Numbered from the whole stretch's first letter, positions 10,351 to 24,452 are shown. The stretch: DNA of 61,816 bases, filler included, from an uncultured bacterium (GCA_964371695.1; 12 parts of 12 records of this genome joined end to end with filler, not necessarily neighbours in it), one strand, 5' to 3'. The notes: generated by a model from the letters alone, not told the origin. Numbers and translations are program-made.

Positions 10351-10558
10351 NNNNNNNNNNNNNNNNNNNNNNNNNNNNNNNNNNNNNNNNNNNNTTAATT
10401 AATTAANNNNNNNNNNNNNNNNNNNNNNNNNNNNNNNNNNNNNNNNNNNNCATCATGGCAAAACTTGAAAAACTTTGCTCAGTTATTTATGGGACAGGAC
10501 ACTAGCGACACCGCGCCTACTCCCAAAAATGGGCGCGAAACAGGGGTTTTTGTTTGAT

Positions 10559-10580
10559 GCACGGACAGGGCTGTCCGTGC
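10559..10580. repeat. REP-like hairpin (empty target of the IS4-like MITE)
   Basis: GCACGGACAGGGCTGTCCGTGC with the same upstream flank as the interrupted copy at 53011. Confidence 0.7.
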
Positions 10581-10635
10581 CATCAAAACACCCCACCCTT
10601 TTCTCACCTCTGTCGCCTGAAGCTGCGGGAGCCGT

Positions 10636-13399
<2,764 letters not shown>

Positions 13400-13500
13400 C
13401 TCTGTTTTGAGATGGACTGATTATTATAAGTCCATCCGGTGGATTGTGCAGGGTGGGGCCAAAAGGCCAGCTTGGGGCTGGTGGTGTTTTTTATATTGGA

Positions 13501-13528
13501 CTGGATTCCCGCTTTCGCGGGAATGACG
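13501..13528 (-). repeat. CGTC-tagged REP (RS3-like ATTCCC-N8-GGGAAT core); about 12 copies
   Basis: CGTCATTCCCGCGAAAGCGGGAATCCAG variants also at 15510, 17091, 31040, 33789, 36095, 46783, 53298, 56043, 59356, 60130, 60311. Confidence 0.9.
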
Positions 13529-13579
13529 GCGGGCGTCCCCACCCATGGTCGCTGACTTTTGCCCAAGCCCCCATCTTTA

Positions 13580-13752
13580 CCCTCTCCCCTTTACGGGGAG
13601 AGGGTGGTTTCTGCCGTAGCGCAGCGCAGGCAGGAACCGGGTGAGGGGTTTATTCAAAAGCAAAAAACCAAAATTCTGTTTAGATTTTTTGTCCATATTG
13701 AACCCCTCACCCGATGCTTCGCATCACCCTCTCCCCGTAAAGGGGAGAGGGT
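13580..13752. repeat. BoxC-like hairpin repeats (CCCTCTCCC...GGGAGAGGG with GGGTGAGGG), inverted pair
   Basis: Other copies near 16523-16950, 20733, 21936, 25722-25891, 28760-28905, 33841, 59190. Confidence 0.85.
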
Positions 13753-13869
13753 AACGATGTTTCATCTCTTTTCTCCCACCCCACACCCAAACCAGACGCA
13801 CACTTACCGGTTCGCGTCCAACATCCGCCTTCTGTTTTCAAATGACGACAACGTTTTACAATGCAAGCC

Positions 13870-14127
13870 ATGGGACACCACGCCAGCCGCTTTGAGGGAG
13901 ACATCAACCAGCACGTGACCAACCTGCTGGAACAGGGCATTGAAAACTGCAAGGCCCGCGTGGTGAGCCAGGGGGGGCATTTCGCCATCGAGGTGAGCAG
14001 CCCGGTGTTTGAGGGCATGTCGATGCTCAACCGCCAGCGCGCGGTTTACAACGCTTTGGGCGACCTCATGCGCGGTGCCGACGCCCCCATTCATGCCGTG
14101 GACACCATGGTGTTTCACACGGAGTGA
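13870..14127 (+). CDS. bolA: BolA/IbaG family protein
   Basis: HFAIEVSSPVFEGMSMLNRQRAVY...IHA; TACAAT 7 nt before the ATG at 13870. Confidence 0.88.
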   Translation: MGHHASRFEGDINQHVTNLLEQGIENCKARVVSQGGHFAIEVSSPVFEGMSMLNRQRAVYNALGDLMRGADAPIHAVDTMVFHTE

Positions 14128-14128
14128 C

Positions 14129-15511
<1,383 letters not shown>

Positions 15512-15659
15512 TCATTCCCGCGAAAGCGGCAGTCCAGTAAAGCATAGGCAAAAATCCTTNNNNNNNNNNNNNNNNNNNNNNNNNNNNNNNNNNNNNNNNN
15601 NNNTTAATTAATTAANNNNNNNNNNNNNNNNNNNNNNNNNNNNNNNNNNNNNNNNNNNN

Positions 15660-16184
15660 GGGTGCTGGGGACTGGGCAGCGAGGCGGGCGGCGGCACGCG
15701 CCTGATGTGGCGCGGGGCGGTGGCGGGTCTGCTGCTGGCGGCAGGCCTGTGGACGGTGGTGGAGCGCCCCAATCCCAAGGCCATCAGCCCGGCGGCCCAA
15801 CTGGTGGAGGAGAGCGCCTGGCGGCCTTTTTCAGAAAAGCTGCTCACGCAACTGCGCCAGCAGGGGCGCGTGGTGTTTGTGGATGTCACGGCGGACTGGT
15901 GCCTCACCTGCAAGGCCAACAAGGCGCGGGTGCTGAACCGGGGGGGATTTTATGCCCTCACCAAAAAAGAAAACGTGGAGCTGCTGGTGGCGGACTGGAC
16001 CCACCAGCCCGAAAACATCACCCGCATGATGGCCCGTTATGGCCGTAGCGCGGTGCCGCTTTATCTGGTTTTTCCGCCCGAACTTTCTCAGGGGGCGATT
16101 GTGCTGCCAGAGCTGCTGAGTTTTCCGGTGGTGGAAAAAGCGATTTTGCAGGCAGGCAGAAACATCGCCCGCACGGCGGAGTAG
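15660..16184 (+). CDS. DsbD-like thiol:disulfide interchange protein, C-terminal thioredoxin part (5' truncated)
   Basis: VFVDVTADWCLTCKAN, ADWT and VPLY after a TM helix. Confidence 0.85.
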   Translation, partial: GCWGLGSEAGGGTRLMWRGAVAGLLLAAGLWTVVERPNPKAISPAAQLVEESAWRPFSEKLLTQLRQQGRVVFVDVTADWCLTCKANKARVLNRGGFYALTKKENVELLVADWTHQPENITRMMARYGRSAVPLYLVFPPELSQGAIVLPELLSFPVVEKAILQAGRNIARTAE

Positions 16185-16252
16185 CGCCATCTGCACCGCG
16201 CCCAAAAGGCTGCTTTTGCGGAGCCGTGCAACGGGTTAAACTCGTTGGGTTC

Positions 16253-16325
16253 GCCAGGATAGCTCAGACGGTAGAGCGACGCACTCGTAATGCGTAGGTC
16301 AGGGGTTCGATTCCCCTTCCTGGCT
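16253..16325 (+). tRNA. tRNA-Thr(CGT)
   Basis: Acceptor stem GCCAGGA/TCCTGGC, D arm GCTC/GAGC, anticodon arm ACGCA-CTCGTAA-TGCGT, T loop GGTTCGATTCC; CCA not encoded. Confidence 0.95.
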
Positions 16326-16466
16326 CAAGGAAACGTAACTTTTTGCCTTTCAGCCGACATGGGCTTCCATGCGGAAGGGGAATCGAACCGAAGGCGCGGG
16401 TCCAAAGGACCGAGCAACAGTATGTTGCGAGAGCGCCGAAGGCTGCCCGGCTGCTGGCGGCACGAT

Positions 16467-16780
16467 GCCGACAGCAAGAAGGGCGATTCCCCGGTGTTGG
16501 CTCCCAAGAAATGGACCATCGTTCCCTCTCCCCTTTATGGGGAGAGGGTGGCCGAAGGCCGGGTGAGGGGTTTGTTTAAAAAAATCAAAATCATTAATCG
16601 GTTTTTTGTTTCCTTGCTTAGCCCCTCACCCCAGCCCTCTCCCCATAAAGGGGAGAGGGGGCAAAGGCGAACACGCCGCCGACAGCAAGAAGCGCGATTC
16701 CCCTTGTTGGCTCCCAGGAAATGGACCATCGTTCTCTCTCCCCTTTATGGGGAGAGGGTGGCCGAAGGCCGGGTGAGGGG
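16467..16780 (+). repeat. direct repeat of about 104 bp (16467-16570 and 16678-16780) containing tRNA 3'-end-like copies and a BoxC-like hairpin
   Basis: Near-identical GCCGACAGCAAGAAG...GGCCGGGTGAGGGG units. Confidence 0.9.
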
Positions 16781-17216
16781 CAAAACATAAGCAAAAAATC
16801 AAAAAGCAGTGGTTTTTTTGCCTTTGAATAAACCCCGGCACTATCGTGCCGCTGGGCGCGCCCGGCAGCATCAATATGCTGCCGCATTCCCAAAAGACCA
16901 TCCCGCGCCCATTACCCCAACCCTCTCCCCATAAAGGGGAGAGGGGGCAAAGGCGGCACAACAGTGCCAAGGCAAAACAAAAGCCAAATAAGGTTTTTTG
17001 TCTTTTTTTGATTGCCCTCAACCGGCGGCTTCGCCGCCACCTTCTTCCATCTGCGACGGGAGAAGGAACAGGGAGCGGTTTTTGTTTCAACTGGACTGCC
17101 GCTTTCGCGGGAATGCAGCGGAGGAAACACGGGAATGACGGCTGGGGCGCGGGTGGTCTTTTTTCTCTCACCCACTTCCAGACTTCAGCTTCCTACTTCC
17201 GACTTCCAACTTCCGG

Positions 17217-19196
17217 CTACATCCCCGGCGCTTCGGTCATGCGGCGGCTGCCCGCAAAGGCGGCCTCGGCCACCACCAGCACCACCGCCAACACTGTCAG
17301 CACACGCGCCAGCAATAACGGGTCGCTGTGGCGCACCACGCCGTTTTGCCACAGCGCCCTGTGGCGCAGCACTTCCAGACCCGGCGCAAGCGCCCCCAGC
17401 GCGGCGTTGTCCAGAGCGCGAGGGTCCTGTTCTTCGGGCGAGAGACTCACGGCCACCAGGGCGTCGCCCTCCTGCATCCGCCACACACCGGGGGGCGGAA
17501 AACCATAAACCCGTCCGGCGCTGTCCACCTGCCAGTGGGCGGTTTCGCCGCTGAACACCTCGCGCATGGCCACCGAGCCAGGGGTGTAGGGCCCGCCCGG
17601 CAGCGTGATGGCCTGGCCCGTGAACACCCGCCGGTGGTTCTGGCTGGTGAGGGCCGGTTGCAGCAGGCGCAGGGCCATGGGGGCGAAGGCGGGCATGTAG
17701 GCCAGGTCGCTGTCCTCAGGCGAAAGCGGCGCGGCCACGCTCACCCAGTGGCCGCTGCCCACGCCGGGCCGGTGACTGATCAGCGCCGGTTTGCCGTTGC
17801 TGAAACGGGCCAGCACGCGGTCGTTAACACCTGCCGCCAGCGCCATGGCGCGGAACACCTTCACCCCCGGCCAGTTGCCCGCCATGGGGCCGGTGAAGTC
17901 CGCCATGGCCGGTTCACCCCGCAAAGTCCAGAAACTGCTGGTTCCCGCCCCGGCTGTTTCTGCCGCCACCCCCTGGGGCGTGAGCAGGCGAAAGGTTTTG
18001 GCCAAGCCCGGCGAAGCCTCTGGAAAACTCAGCACCGACGCGCCTTTTTCGATCCGCTGCATCAGTGTGGCCTGCTGCGCCAACAACGCAGGGGCCGCCC
18101 CCGCCAGCACAAAACCGGTGAACTGTTCCAAAGGTGCGCCGCCAATGTCCTGGGGCCGCACCACCACGGGCGGCTCGCCGGTGGCGCTCAAAAGCGCACC
18201 GAACACCAGCCGCACCGGGCTGTCTTCGGGGGCGGCCACCAGCACCCGGCCCGTGCCCACCACCCCCGCCACGCCATAGGCCACAGCAGCCTCGCCCCCC
18301 GCCGCCGCGCTCACCCGCACACCAAACGCCCCCTGGGTGTGGGGCGTAAGACGCAGACGCACCTGCTGCGGCCCGGTGGCGGCGTTGGCTGCGGCGGTGG
18401 TTTCACCGTCGCCTTCCAGCTCTGCCCGCACCCGCACCGCCGCGCCCGTGGGCGCGCCCACGGCCTGCAACGAGACGGCGAGATCCATGGCCGAACCCGC
18501 AGCAGCCCGGCCCCTGGTCGAGACCTCGCGCAGCACCACCCCCACAGGAATGTCTTCGCCCACCGGCGCGGCCATCACCTTCACACGGGGCAAGGCGGGC
18601 AGGCGCTGCGCCCCCCAGGTGGCCGCTTGAAAATCACCCACCAGCAGCAGGCGACCTCCTTTTTTTTCGAGGGCGGCGCGGATGACCGGCAGGGTTTTGT
18701 TCCAGCGGGCGGGGCCGTGACTCACCGCCAGTGCGCCGGTGGCTGAAAGGGCGCTTTTGGGGTGCTCGGCTCTCAACACCTGACCCGTGACGCTCACCAG
18801 CACCACGCGGGTGTCAACCGGGGCCTGGGCCAGCACCGAGCGAATGCGCTGGCGGGCGGCCTCAAACAGCGTGGCCCCGCCCCGCACCCGCGCCATGCTG
18901 GCGGTGTCGTCATAAAACACCACCAGCACATTGGCCAGGGTGGGGCCAAACAGTTTTTCTTTCAGGCGCGGCCCGGCAAAGGCCAGCACCACCACCGCCA
19001 CCAGCAACAGGCGCAACAGCAGCAGGAGCAGCTCCATGAGCACCATGCGGCGGCGATATTTCTTTTGCACCTTTTGCAGCAGAAAAAGGCTGGGGAATGC
19101 GTAGCGCCGCCGGGGAGCCTGTCGCAGCACATGCAGCAACAAAGGCGCGCCCAGGGCCGCCAAGCCCCACAACAGCAGGGGAGAGAGCCAAGTCAA
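17217..19196 (-). CDS. BatA-domain / vWA-like membrane protein
   Basis: BatA N-terminus LLWGLAALGAPLLLH...FPSL...LLLLLR; MIDAS-like DDTASM; TTG overlaps the DUF58 stop. Confidence 0.85.
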   Translation of the reverse strand: MTWLSPLLLWGLAALGAPLLLHVLRQAPRRRYAFPSLFLLQKVQKKYRRRMVLMELLLLLLRLLLVAVVVLAFAGPRLKEKLFGPTLANVLVVFYDDTASMARVRGGATLFEAARQRIRSVLAQAPVDTRVVLVSVTGQVLRAEHPKSALSATGALAVSHGPARWNKTLPVIRAALEKKGGRLLLVGDFQAATWGAQRLPALPRVKVMAAPVGEDIPVGVVLREVSTRGRAAAGSAMDLAVSLQAVGAPTGAAVRVRAELEGDGETTAAANAATGPQQVRLRLTPHTQGAFGVRVSAAAGGEAAVAYGVAGVVGTGRVLVAAPEDSPVRLVFGALLSATGEPPVVVRPQDIGGAPLEQFTGFVLAGAAPALLAQQATLMQRIEKGASVLSFPEASPGLAKTFRLLTPQGVAAETAGAGTSSFWTLRGEPAMADFTGPMAGNWPGVKVFRAMALAAGVNDRVLARFSNGKPALISHRPGVGSGHWVSVAAPLSPEDSDLAYMPAFAPMALRLLQPALTSQNHRRVFTGQAITLPGGPYTPGSVAMREVFSGETAHWQVDSAGRVYGFPPPGVWRMQEGDALVAVSLSPEEQDPRALDNAALGALAPGLEVLRHRALWQNGVVRHSDPLLLARVLTVLAVVLVVAEAAFAGSRRMTEAPGM

Positions 19197-20083
19197 CGCA
19201 GCGCCCTTCCGTGCCGGGTGAGCACCTCCAGGCACACCCCCATGGGGGGCTGCGAAATATCCACCAGGTGATAACTCGCCCCCCGGTGCTGACACAGGCG
19301 GGCCAGGGCGTCACGGTGTTCGGCCAGTTCCCGGTGATTGGCTTTTTTGAGTTGCGTGGGGGCAAGGGCAAGGCGGTCGTGGTTTTCCATGTCTTCAAAC
19401 CGCCACTGACCCTGGAGGTCCAGACCGATTTCCACCGGATCCAGAAGGTGAAACAGCACCACGTCCATCTGACGGGCCGCCAGATTGCGCATGAGCAGCG
19501 ACAGACTTTCCGGCTCGGTGTAAAAGTCGCTGAAAATCATCACCAGCCCCCGGCGCTTGAGAGTGACGGAGAGGCTGTGCAATGCCTCGGCCAAGGGCAT
19601 GGGGTTGTCCGCCGGGTTTTGCTGCTCCATGAAATCGCACAGGGTGCGAAAGTGCGCCATGTGGCTCTGTTCGGGCAAAGCGACTGTGCGCTCACCCGCC
19701 ACCCCCAGGCCCACGCGGTCGTTTTGCCGCAGCAGCAGATAGGCAAAGGCGCTGGCGAGCAGGCTGGCCATTTCCCATTTGGTCAGGCCGCCGCTGCCAA
19801 AGGCCATGCTGCGGCTTGCGTCCAGCCACAGGTGGGCGTGCAGGTTGGTTTCTTCTTCGAAATACTTGATGAACAGGCGGTCTGTCTTGGCGAACACCTT
19901 CCAGTCCACAAACCGCAGTTCATCGCCGGGCAGATAGGGCCGGTGCTCGGCGAACTCCACGTTGAACCCCTTGTAGGGGCTGCTGTGCTGGCCCTGCAGC
20001 AACCCCTCGGCCAGGGCCTGCGCCCGCAGGTGCAGACGGGGCAGCAGCAAAAGCTCTTGCAAAAGCGGGGCCGTGTCAGACAA
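19193..20083 (-). CDS. DUF58 (MoxR-associated vWA) protein
   Basis: GFNVEFAEHRPYLPGDELRFVDWK, LDASRSM, FSDF. Confidence 0.93.
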   Translation of the reverse strand: MSDTAPLLQELLLLPRLHLRAQALAEGLLQGQHSSPYKGFNVEFAEHRPYLPGDELRFVDWKVFAKTDRLFIKYFEEETNLHAHLWLDASRSMAFGSGGLTKWEMASLLASAFAYLLLRQNDRVGLGVAGERTVALPEQSHMAHFRTLCDFMEQQNPADNPMPLAEALHSLSVTLKRRGLVMIFSDFYTEPESLSLLMRNLAARQMDVVLFHLLDPVEIGLDLQGQWRFEDMENHDRLALAPTQLKKANHRELAEHRDALARLCQHRGASYHLVDISQPPMGVCLEVLTRHGRALR

Positions 20084-20131
20084 GCCAAGGCAGTGTAGTA
20101 AAGGGAGCGGGAGGGTGTCAGAAGATGGCGT

Positions 20132-20563
20132 CTATTCCATCGCCAGCACTTCATCCAGCCGCAGGGCCAGCATCACCCGCCGCACACGGGCCGACCCCAC
20201 CTTCACCCGCAGGGGTTTGCCCATGGCCTTCAGGCGCGTGTTCAGGCGCATCACCAAGCCAATCAGGGCGCTGGTGCCGTCGCAGTCTTTCTGAAAAACC
20301 ACCACCACCGACGTGGCGCGATCCAGGGCGCGGTTCAGGGAATCCTCGGCCCGCCGGGTGTCGTCGCTACTCACCCTTCCGCCACAGAACACCCGCAGCG
20401 CCCCCCCGTCCTTGTCCTGATCCAGACGGATGCCCTTGAGCGGCGGATTGCTCACCAGGGGTTCCTTGTCCACCGGCCCCCAGGGTTCCCTCTCCGCCTG
20501 GGCCACTCCACCGGTAGAGGTGAACAATCGGGGAAAATGCTGTTCCATCCATAACCGGACCAT
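20132..20563 (-). CDS. STAS-domain (anti-sigma antagonist-like) protein
   Basis: DGTSALIGLV...RVRRVMLALRLDEVL fits the STAS pattern; divergent. Confidence 0.55.
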   Translation of the reverse strand: MVRLWMEQHFPRLFTSTGGVAQAEREPWGPVDKEPLVSNPPLKGIRLDQDKDGGALRVFCGGRVSSDDTRRAEDSLNRALDRATSVVVVFQKDCDGTSALIGLVMRLNTRLKAMGKPLRVKVGSARVRRVMLALRLDEVLAME

Positions 20564-20944
20564 TTACTAGGCCATCCTTTGCCGGAGTGCGGACTGAGCC
20601 TGCGAAAAAAAACAAAACCAGAACCGCTGTCAAAAGGTTTATCGGCCAACGAGCCGGTTTTGTTTACTCTGGCCAAACGACCTTTGGAACAAAATCATGC
20701 CTTATGTAAACGAATAATTGAGTGTCGCCACTTGCCCTCTCCCTGAGGGAGAGGGCNNNNNNNNNNNNNNNNNNNNNNNNNNNNNNNNNNNNNNNNNNNN
20801 TTAATTAATTAANNNNNNNNNNNNNNNNNNNNNNNNNNNNNNNNNNNNNNNNNNNNCCCCCACAAAAAAANNNNNNNNNNNNNNNNNNNNNNNNNNNNNN
20901 NNNNNNNNNNCCCCCCCCCCCCCCCACTGGGGGTCCTTCAAGCT

Positions 20945-21754
20945 TCACCGGGTTTTCAGGTGGGGGTCATACATGTCCCGCAGACCGTCTCCCAAAAAGT
21001 TCACACCCAGGACCAGCATGGCCAGCATCAGGCCCGGCGCGAGCGCCCCCCAGGGAGCCTCGGTGAGGTAATCCTGTCCCGACAGAATCATGCGCCCCAG
21101 CGTGGGTGTGGGCGGCTGCACCCCCAGACCCAGAAAACTCAGCGTGCTCTCACCCAACACCGCCGCCGCCAGTTGAATGGAAAAAAGAATCAGCAGCGTG
21201 CCGGAAAGATTGGGCAGCAGGTGACGCAGCCCCAGCCGCCAGGGGGGCACACCCACGGCGCGGGCGGCTTCTACAAAAGGTCTTTCCATGAGTTGCAGCG
21301 TAAGCGTGCGCACGATGCGCGCCGGGGCGGCCCAACTCACCACCGCCAGCGACAGCACCACCGGCATGGCCCCCGGCGCCATGGCCAGCGACAGCGCCAC
21401 GGCAATCAGCAGCGTGGGAATGGCGAACAGGAACTCCACGCCGCGCATCACCACACGGTCTGTCCAGCCTTTTCGCATGCCCGCGAACATGCCCGCCAGC
21501 GCGCCAAACCCCACGGAACTCACAGCGCAACTCAGGCCGATCAGCAGGCTCAGCCGACCGCCATGGGCCACGCGGGCCAGCACGTCGCGGCCTTCGCTGT
21601 CGGTGCCCAGCCAGTGGGCGAGAGAGGGCGGTCTGAGGCGCTCCATCAGGTTCATCAGCAGCGGATCAGGCGAAAAAACCGGCCCCAGCAGAAAAAACAG
21701 CAGCAGCGGAACCAGACAGAAAGCCCCCAGAAAAATTGAATAGCGGCCTTTCAT
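20945..21754 (-). CDS. peptide/nickel ABC transporter permease (DppC/OppC)
   Basis: HWLGTDSEGRD, EAA loop FVEAARAVG, LSFLGLG, NFLGDGLRD. Confidence 0.93.
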   Translation of the reverse strand: MKGRYSIFLGAFCLVPLLLFFLLGPVFSPDPLLMNLMERLRPPSLAHWLGTDSEGRDVLARVAHGGRLSLLIGLSCAVSSVGFGALAGMFAGMRKGWTDRVVMRGVEFLFAIPTLLIAVALSLAMAPGAMPVVLSLAVVSWAAPARIVRTLTLQLMERPFVEAARAVGVPPWRLGLRHLLPNLSGTLLILFSIQLAAAVLGESTLSFLGLGVQPPTPTLGRMILSGQDYLTEAPWGALAPGLMLAMLVLGVNFLGDGLRDMYDPHLKTR

Positions 21755-21819
21755 GCAGCCACCCGATCAAGAAACCATGAAGCCCCGCACCTTGGCGACA
21801 CCCAGCGCCAGAGGCCATG

Positions 21820-21885
21820 AGTTTGCGAGGAGTCTTTCCAGATGCCCATTGGGGCATCTGGCCGAGCAAAGGCGATAGCGGCCGT
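21820..21885. repeat. hairpin module with covarying stem (also 5095-5138 and inverted at 61750-61815)
   Basis: CCAGATGCCCATTGGGGCATCTGG versus CTGGGTGCCCATTGGGGCACCCAG. Confidence 0.75.
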
Positions 21886-22092
21886 TTCCGACGCCGAAAA
21901 AACAACCGAATAAGGTTTTTTCTTTTTGTTTAACGCCCTCATCCGGCCTTTGGCCACCTTCTCCCATCCTTCGGACGGGAGAAGGAAAAGATGGGGCCTT
22001 CTCCTGGCCACGCGCCGCGCCCTCTCCCCGTAATGAGGAAAGGAAAAGCAGACGGCCTGCGGCTGCCCGGCCCGATAAAGAAAACACCTGTT

Positions 22093-23073
22093 TCACGCCC
22101 GGCCGTGCTCCTCAAGCCAGCGTTCGGCGTCTATGGCCGCCATGCAGCCCGATCCGGCGGCGGTGATGGCCTGACGGTATCGGGCGTCCTGCACGTCGCC
22201 GCAGGCAAACACTCCCGGCACGCTGGTATAAGAAGTCGCCCCCTGGGTTTTGATGTAACCCTTCTCGTCCAGCTCCAGCCAGTCTTTGAAAATCTGCGCG
22301 TTGGGGGTGTGGCCGATGGCCAGGAACAACCCCCCGGCGGCCAGTTCCGACACCTCGCCGGTGGTGGTGTTCTTCAGCCGCAGGCCGGTCATTTCCCTGT
22401 CGTCGCCCAGCACTTCTTCCACGCCGGTGTGATAACGGATTTCGACTTTGGGGTTGGTGGCGGCGCGCTCCTGCATCACCTTGCTGGCCCGCAGTTTGTC
22501 GCGGCGTACCAGCAGCGTCACCTTGGGGCAGAAGCGGGTGAGGAAAAGGGCTTCTTCCATGGCGCTGTCGCCCCCGCCCACCACCACCACTTCGCGGCCT
22601 GCAAACAGCGCGCCGTCGCAGGTGGCGCAGGCGCTCACGCCCCGGTTGCGATAGTGCTGCTCGCTTTCAAGATTCAGCCAGTTGGCGTTGGCGCCGGTGG
22701 CGATGATGAGCGTCTGGGCCTGAAACGTGGCCTCGTCGCCCATCAGCGGGTCGGCGGCCTTTACGGTGAAGGGGCGTTTGGAAAGATCCACCGACACCGC
22801 CATCATGGGCTGAATGCGCAGGCCGAAACGCACCGCCTGCCGGCTCAGTTTTTCCATCAGTTCAGGCCCCATCACGCCTTCGGGAAAACCGGGAAAGTTC
22901 TCCACCTCGGTGGTGAGCGCGAGTTGGCCCAACGGGATGGATTCCGGCGGCTGGCCCCGGTCGAGCATCAGGGGATTCATCTGGGCGCGGGCGGTGTAAA
23001 TACCCGCCGTGAAACCCGCCGGGCCGCTGCCCAGGATGAGAACGTCTTCGCTCGATGCGGGTGTGGAAGTCAT
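22093..23073 (-). CDS. trxB: thioredoxin-disulfide reductase
   Basis: GSGPAG, CATCDG, GGGDSA, GVFACGDV, RQAITAAGSG. Confidence 0.97.
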   Translation of the reverse strand: MTSTPASSEDVLILGSGPAGFTAGIYTARAQMNPLMLDRGQPPESIPLGQLALTTEVENFPGFPEGVMGPELMEKLSRQAVRFGLRIQPMMAVSVDLSKRPFTVKAADPLMGDEATFQAQTLIIATGANANWLNLESEQHYRNRGVSACATCDGALFAGREVVVVGGGDSAMEEALFLTRFCPKVTLLVRRDKLRASKVMQERAATNPKVEIRYHTGVEEVLGDDREMTGLRLKNTTTGEVSELAAGGLFLAIGHTPNAQIFKDWLELDEKGYIKTQGATSYTSVPGVFACGDVQDARYRQAITAAGSGCMAAIDAERWLEEHGRA

Positions 23074-23307
23074 GTGTTGGTCTCCTGCGGTGTGCGTCTG
23101 ATTGCGTCACCCGTGGCTCTATATTCTGGTTCGCCGGTTTCCTCCATGAAACCTTGCGAACAACGCCGCACGGCCCGGACTCCCCCAAAAACGTTTTTAC
23201 GTTTTCCACTCGCCGTATTCTTCAATCCCTTTCGCGCCATCCCCCCCCGTTCCGGTCCGGCGGCGGCATGGGCCATCCATGGCCCTTGGCCATGGGCGCC
23301 GCGCAGA

Positions 23308-24325
23308 TTATGGGGCGGCTCGTTCGGGCGATGCGGGGGGGTCATGGGGGTCTCCAAAAAACGGATTGAGTTGCGGCGCGCCATAGGTGGCCAGATAGTC
23401 GTGCCGCAGGCCCAGGCAGCGGTGGGAAAGGTTACACGCCCCGCAGGCCGAAACATAGTGGCCGCCCTCCATGGCGCTGTCTTTGATGGCGAACGAGCCG
23501 GTGGGGGTGAACACGGTCAAATCCCACTCCTTCAGGTTCAGATAACGCCCGTGACGGGACGGATAAAGACACGGCGGCAGGTGAATCACCCGCAGGTCAA
23601 ACCCTTTTTCTTCACAAAAGGCCAGCAGGCGCTCAAGGGGCGGCGTCGCCTCTTCAAACGAGAGCGACAGGCGCGGGGCGTCGGTGTATTCCGGCGAAAA
23701 ATTATCCAGCGACATGAACCACAACACCCCCCGCGTCACGCCGTGGTTCATCAGCCACGCCACGGNNNNNNNNNNGTGCATCAGCAGGTCTGCCTCGGCC
23801 CACAGGCCTTTTTCGGCCAGGGCCAGCATGGCTTTTTGCAGGTGGCCACTGGCCCCTTTCACCCCTGTGGCGCTGTCATAACCCGGTGTTTCAAAAGGCG
23901 CGCCAAACACACTCACCCGCACGTCGGTCAGGCCCGCCTGGGTCAGGGTGTCCAGATAATCCACCCGCCCCAAGGCCCAGCCGTTGGTCTGTATCAGCCG
24001 TCGCTCAAAACCCAGCTCACGGGCCAGCGCAAGCACCTGGGGCAGGGGTTTGTACAACGTCGGCTCGCCGCCCCCCACCCACAGGTGGGTGCGCCCGCTG
24101 GCCGCGGCCCGGGCGCCCCCCCCCCCCCGCGGCGCCGCCACCGCGACGCGGTTTTTTAGGNNNNNNNNNNACCGCCAGGGCCTGCTCCTGACTCATCACG
24201 TTTTTTTGCAGCCAGGGGGTGCGGAAACAGAACCCGCAACGACTGTTGCAGCGAAAGTGCGGCGAGAGTTCCATCCACCGCCCCAACCAAGCCGCCGGGG
24301 GCGGGGCGCTCAGCAGTCGGGACAT
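23308..24325 (-). CDS. radical SAM protein with C-terminal Cys cluster (two N gaps, frame uncertain)
   Basis: CNSRCGFC, GGEPT, IQTNG, LPPC, CGACNLSHRCLG; joins ORFs 24017-24325 and 23308-24141. Confidence 0.85.
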
Positions 24326-24452
24326 GGCAGGAGTTTAGCAGGGGGTGGAAAAACACCCGTGTTCCGACGCATTACACGGGTTAAGAAAAAGTTAAGCAGT
24401 ATTAAACAAATTTGAACAGAACGAATTTGGTGTTAAGACTGCAACAGTCCTC

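Noticed and set aside
16467-16950. Repeats with intervening sequence resembling a CRISPR array
   Set aside because: Only two units of about 104 bp built from dispersed hairpin families; no 25-45-nt repeats with unique spacers and no cas genes.
16290-17175. ORFs with repeated PLSPLWGEG / SPLYGER / IPAKAGIQ peptides
   Set aside because: Translations of palindromic DNA repeats, not proteins.
17170-17216. Degenerate 7-nt tandem repeats (CTTCCRR-like; similar near 30975, 33915, 53460)
   Set aside because: Short degenerate heptamer tracts near gene ends; no function supportable from sequence.
20857-20925. Poly-C tracts (also near 24116-24128) as phase-variation sites
   Set aside because: They abut N gaps and are most likely low-quality sequence.
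21991-24159. Long alternative ORFs (also 8904-10406, 29655-31181, 42122-43960, 14009-15547)
   Set aside because: Antisense shadows of real genes, expected with high GC3 codon bias; no motifs.
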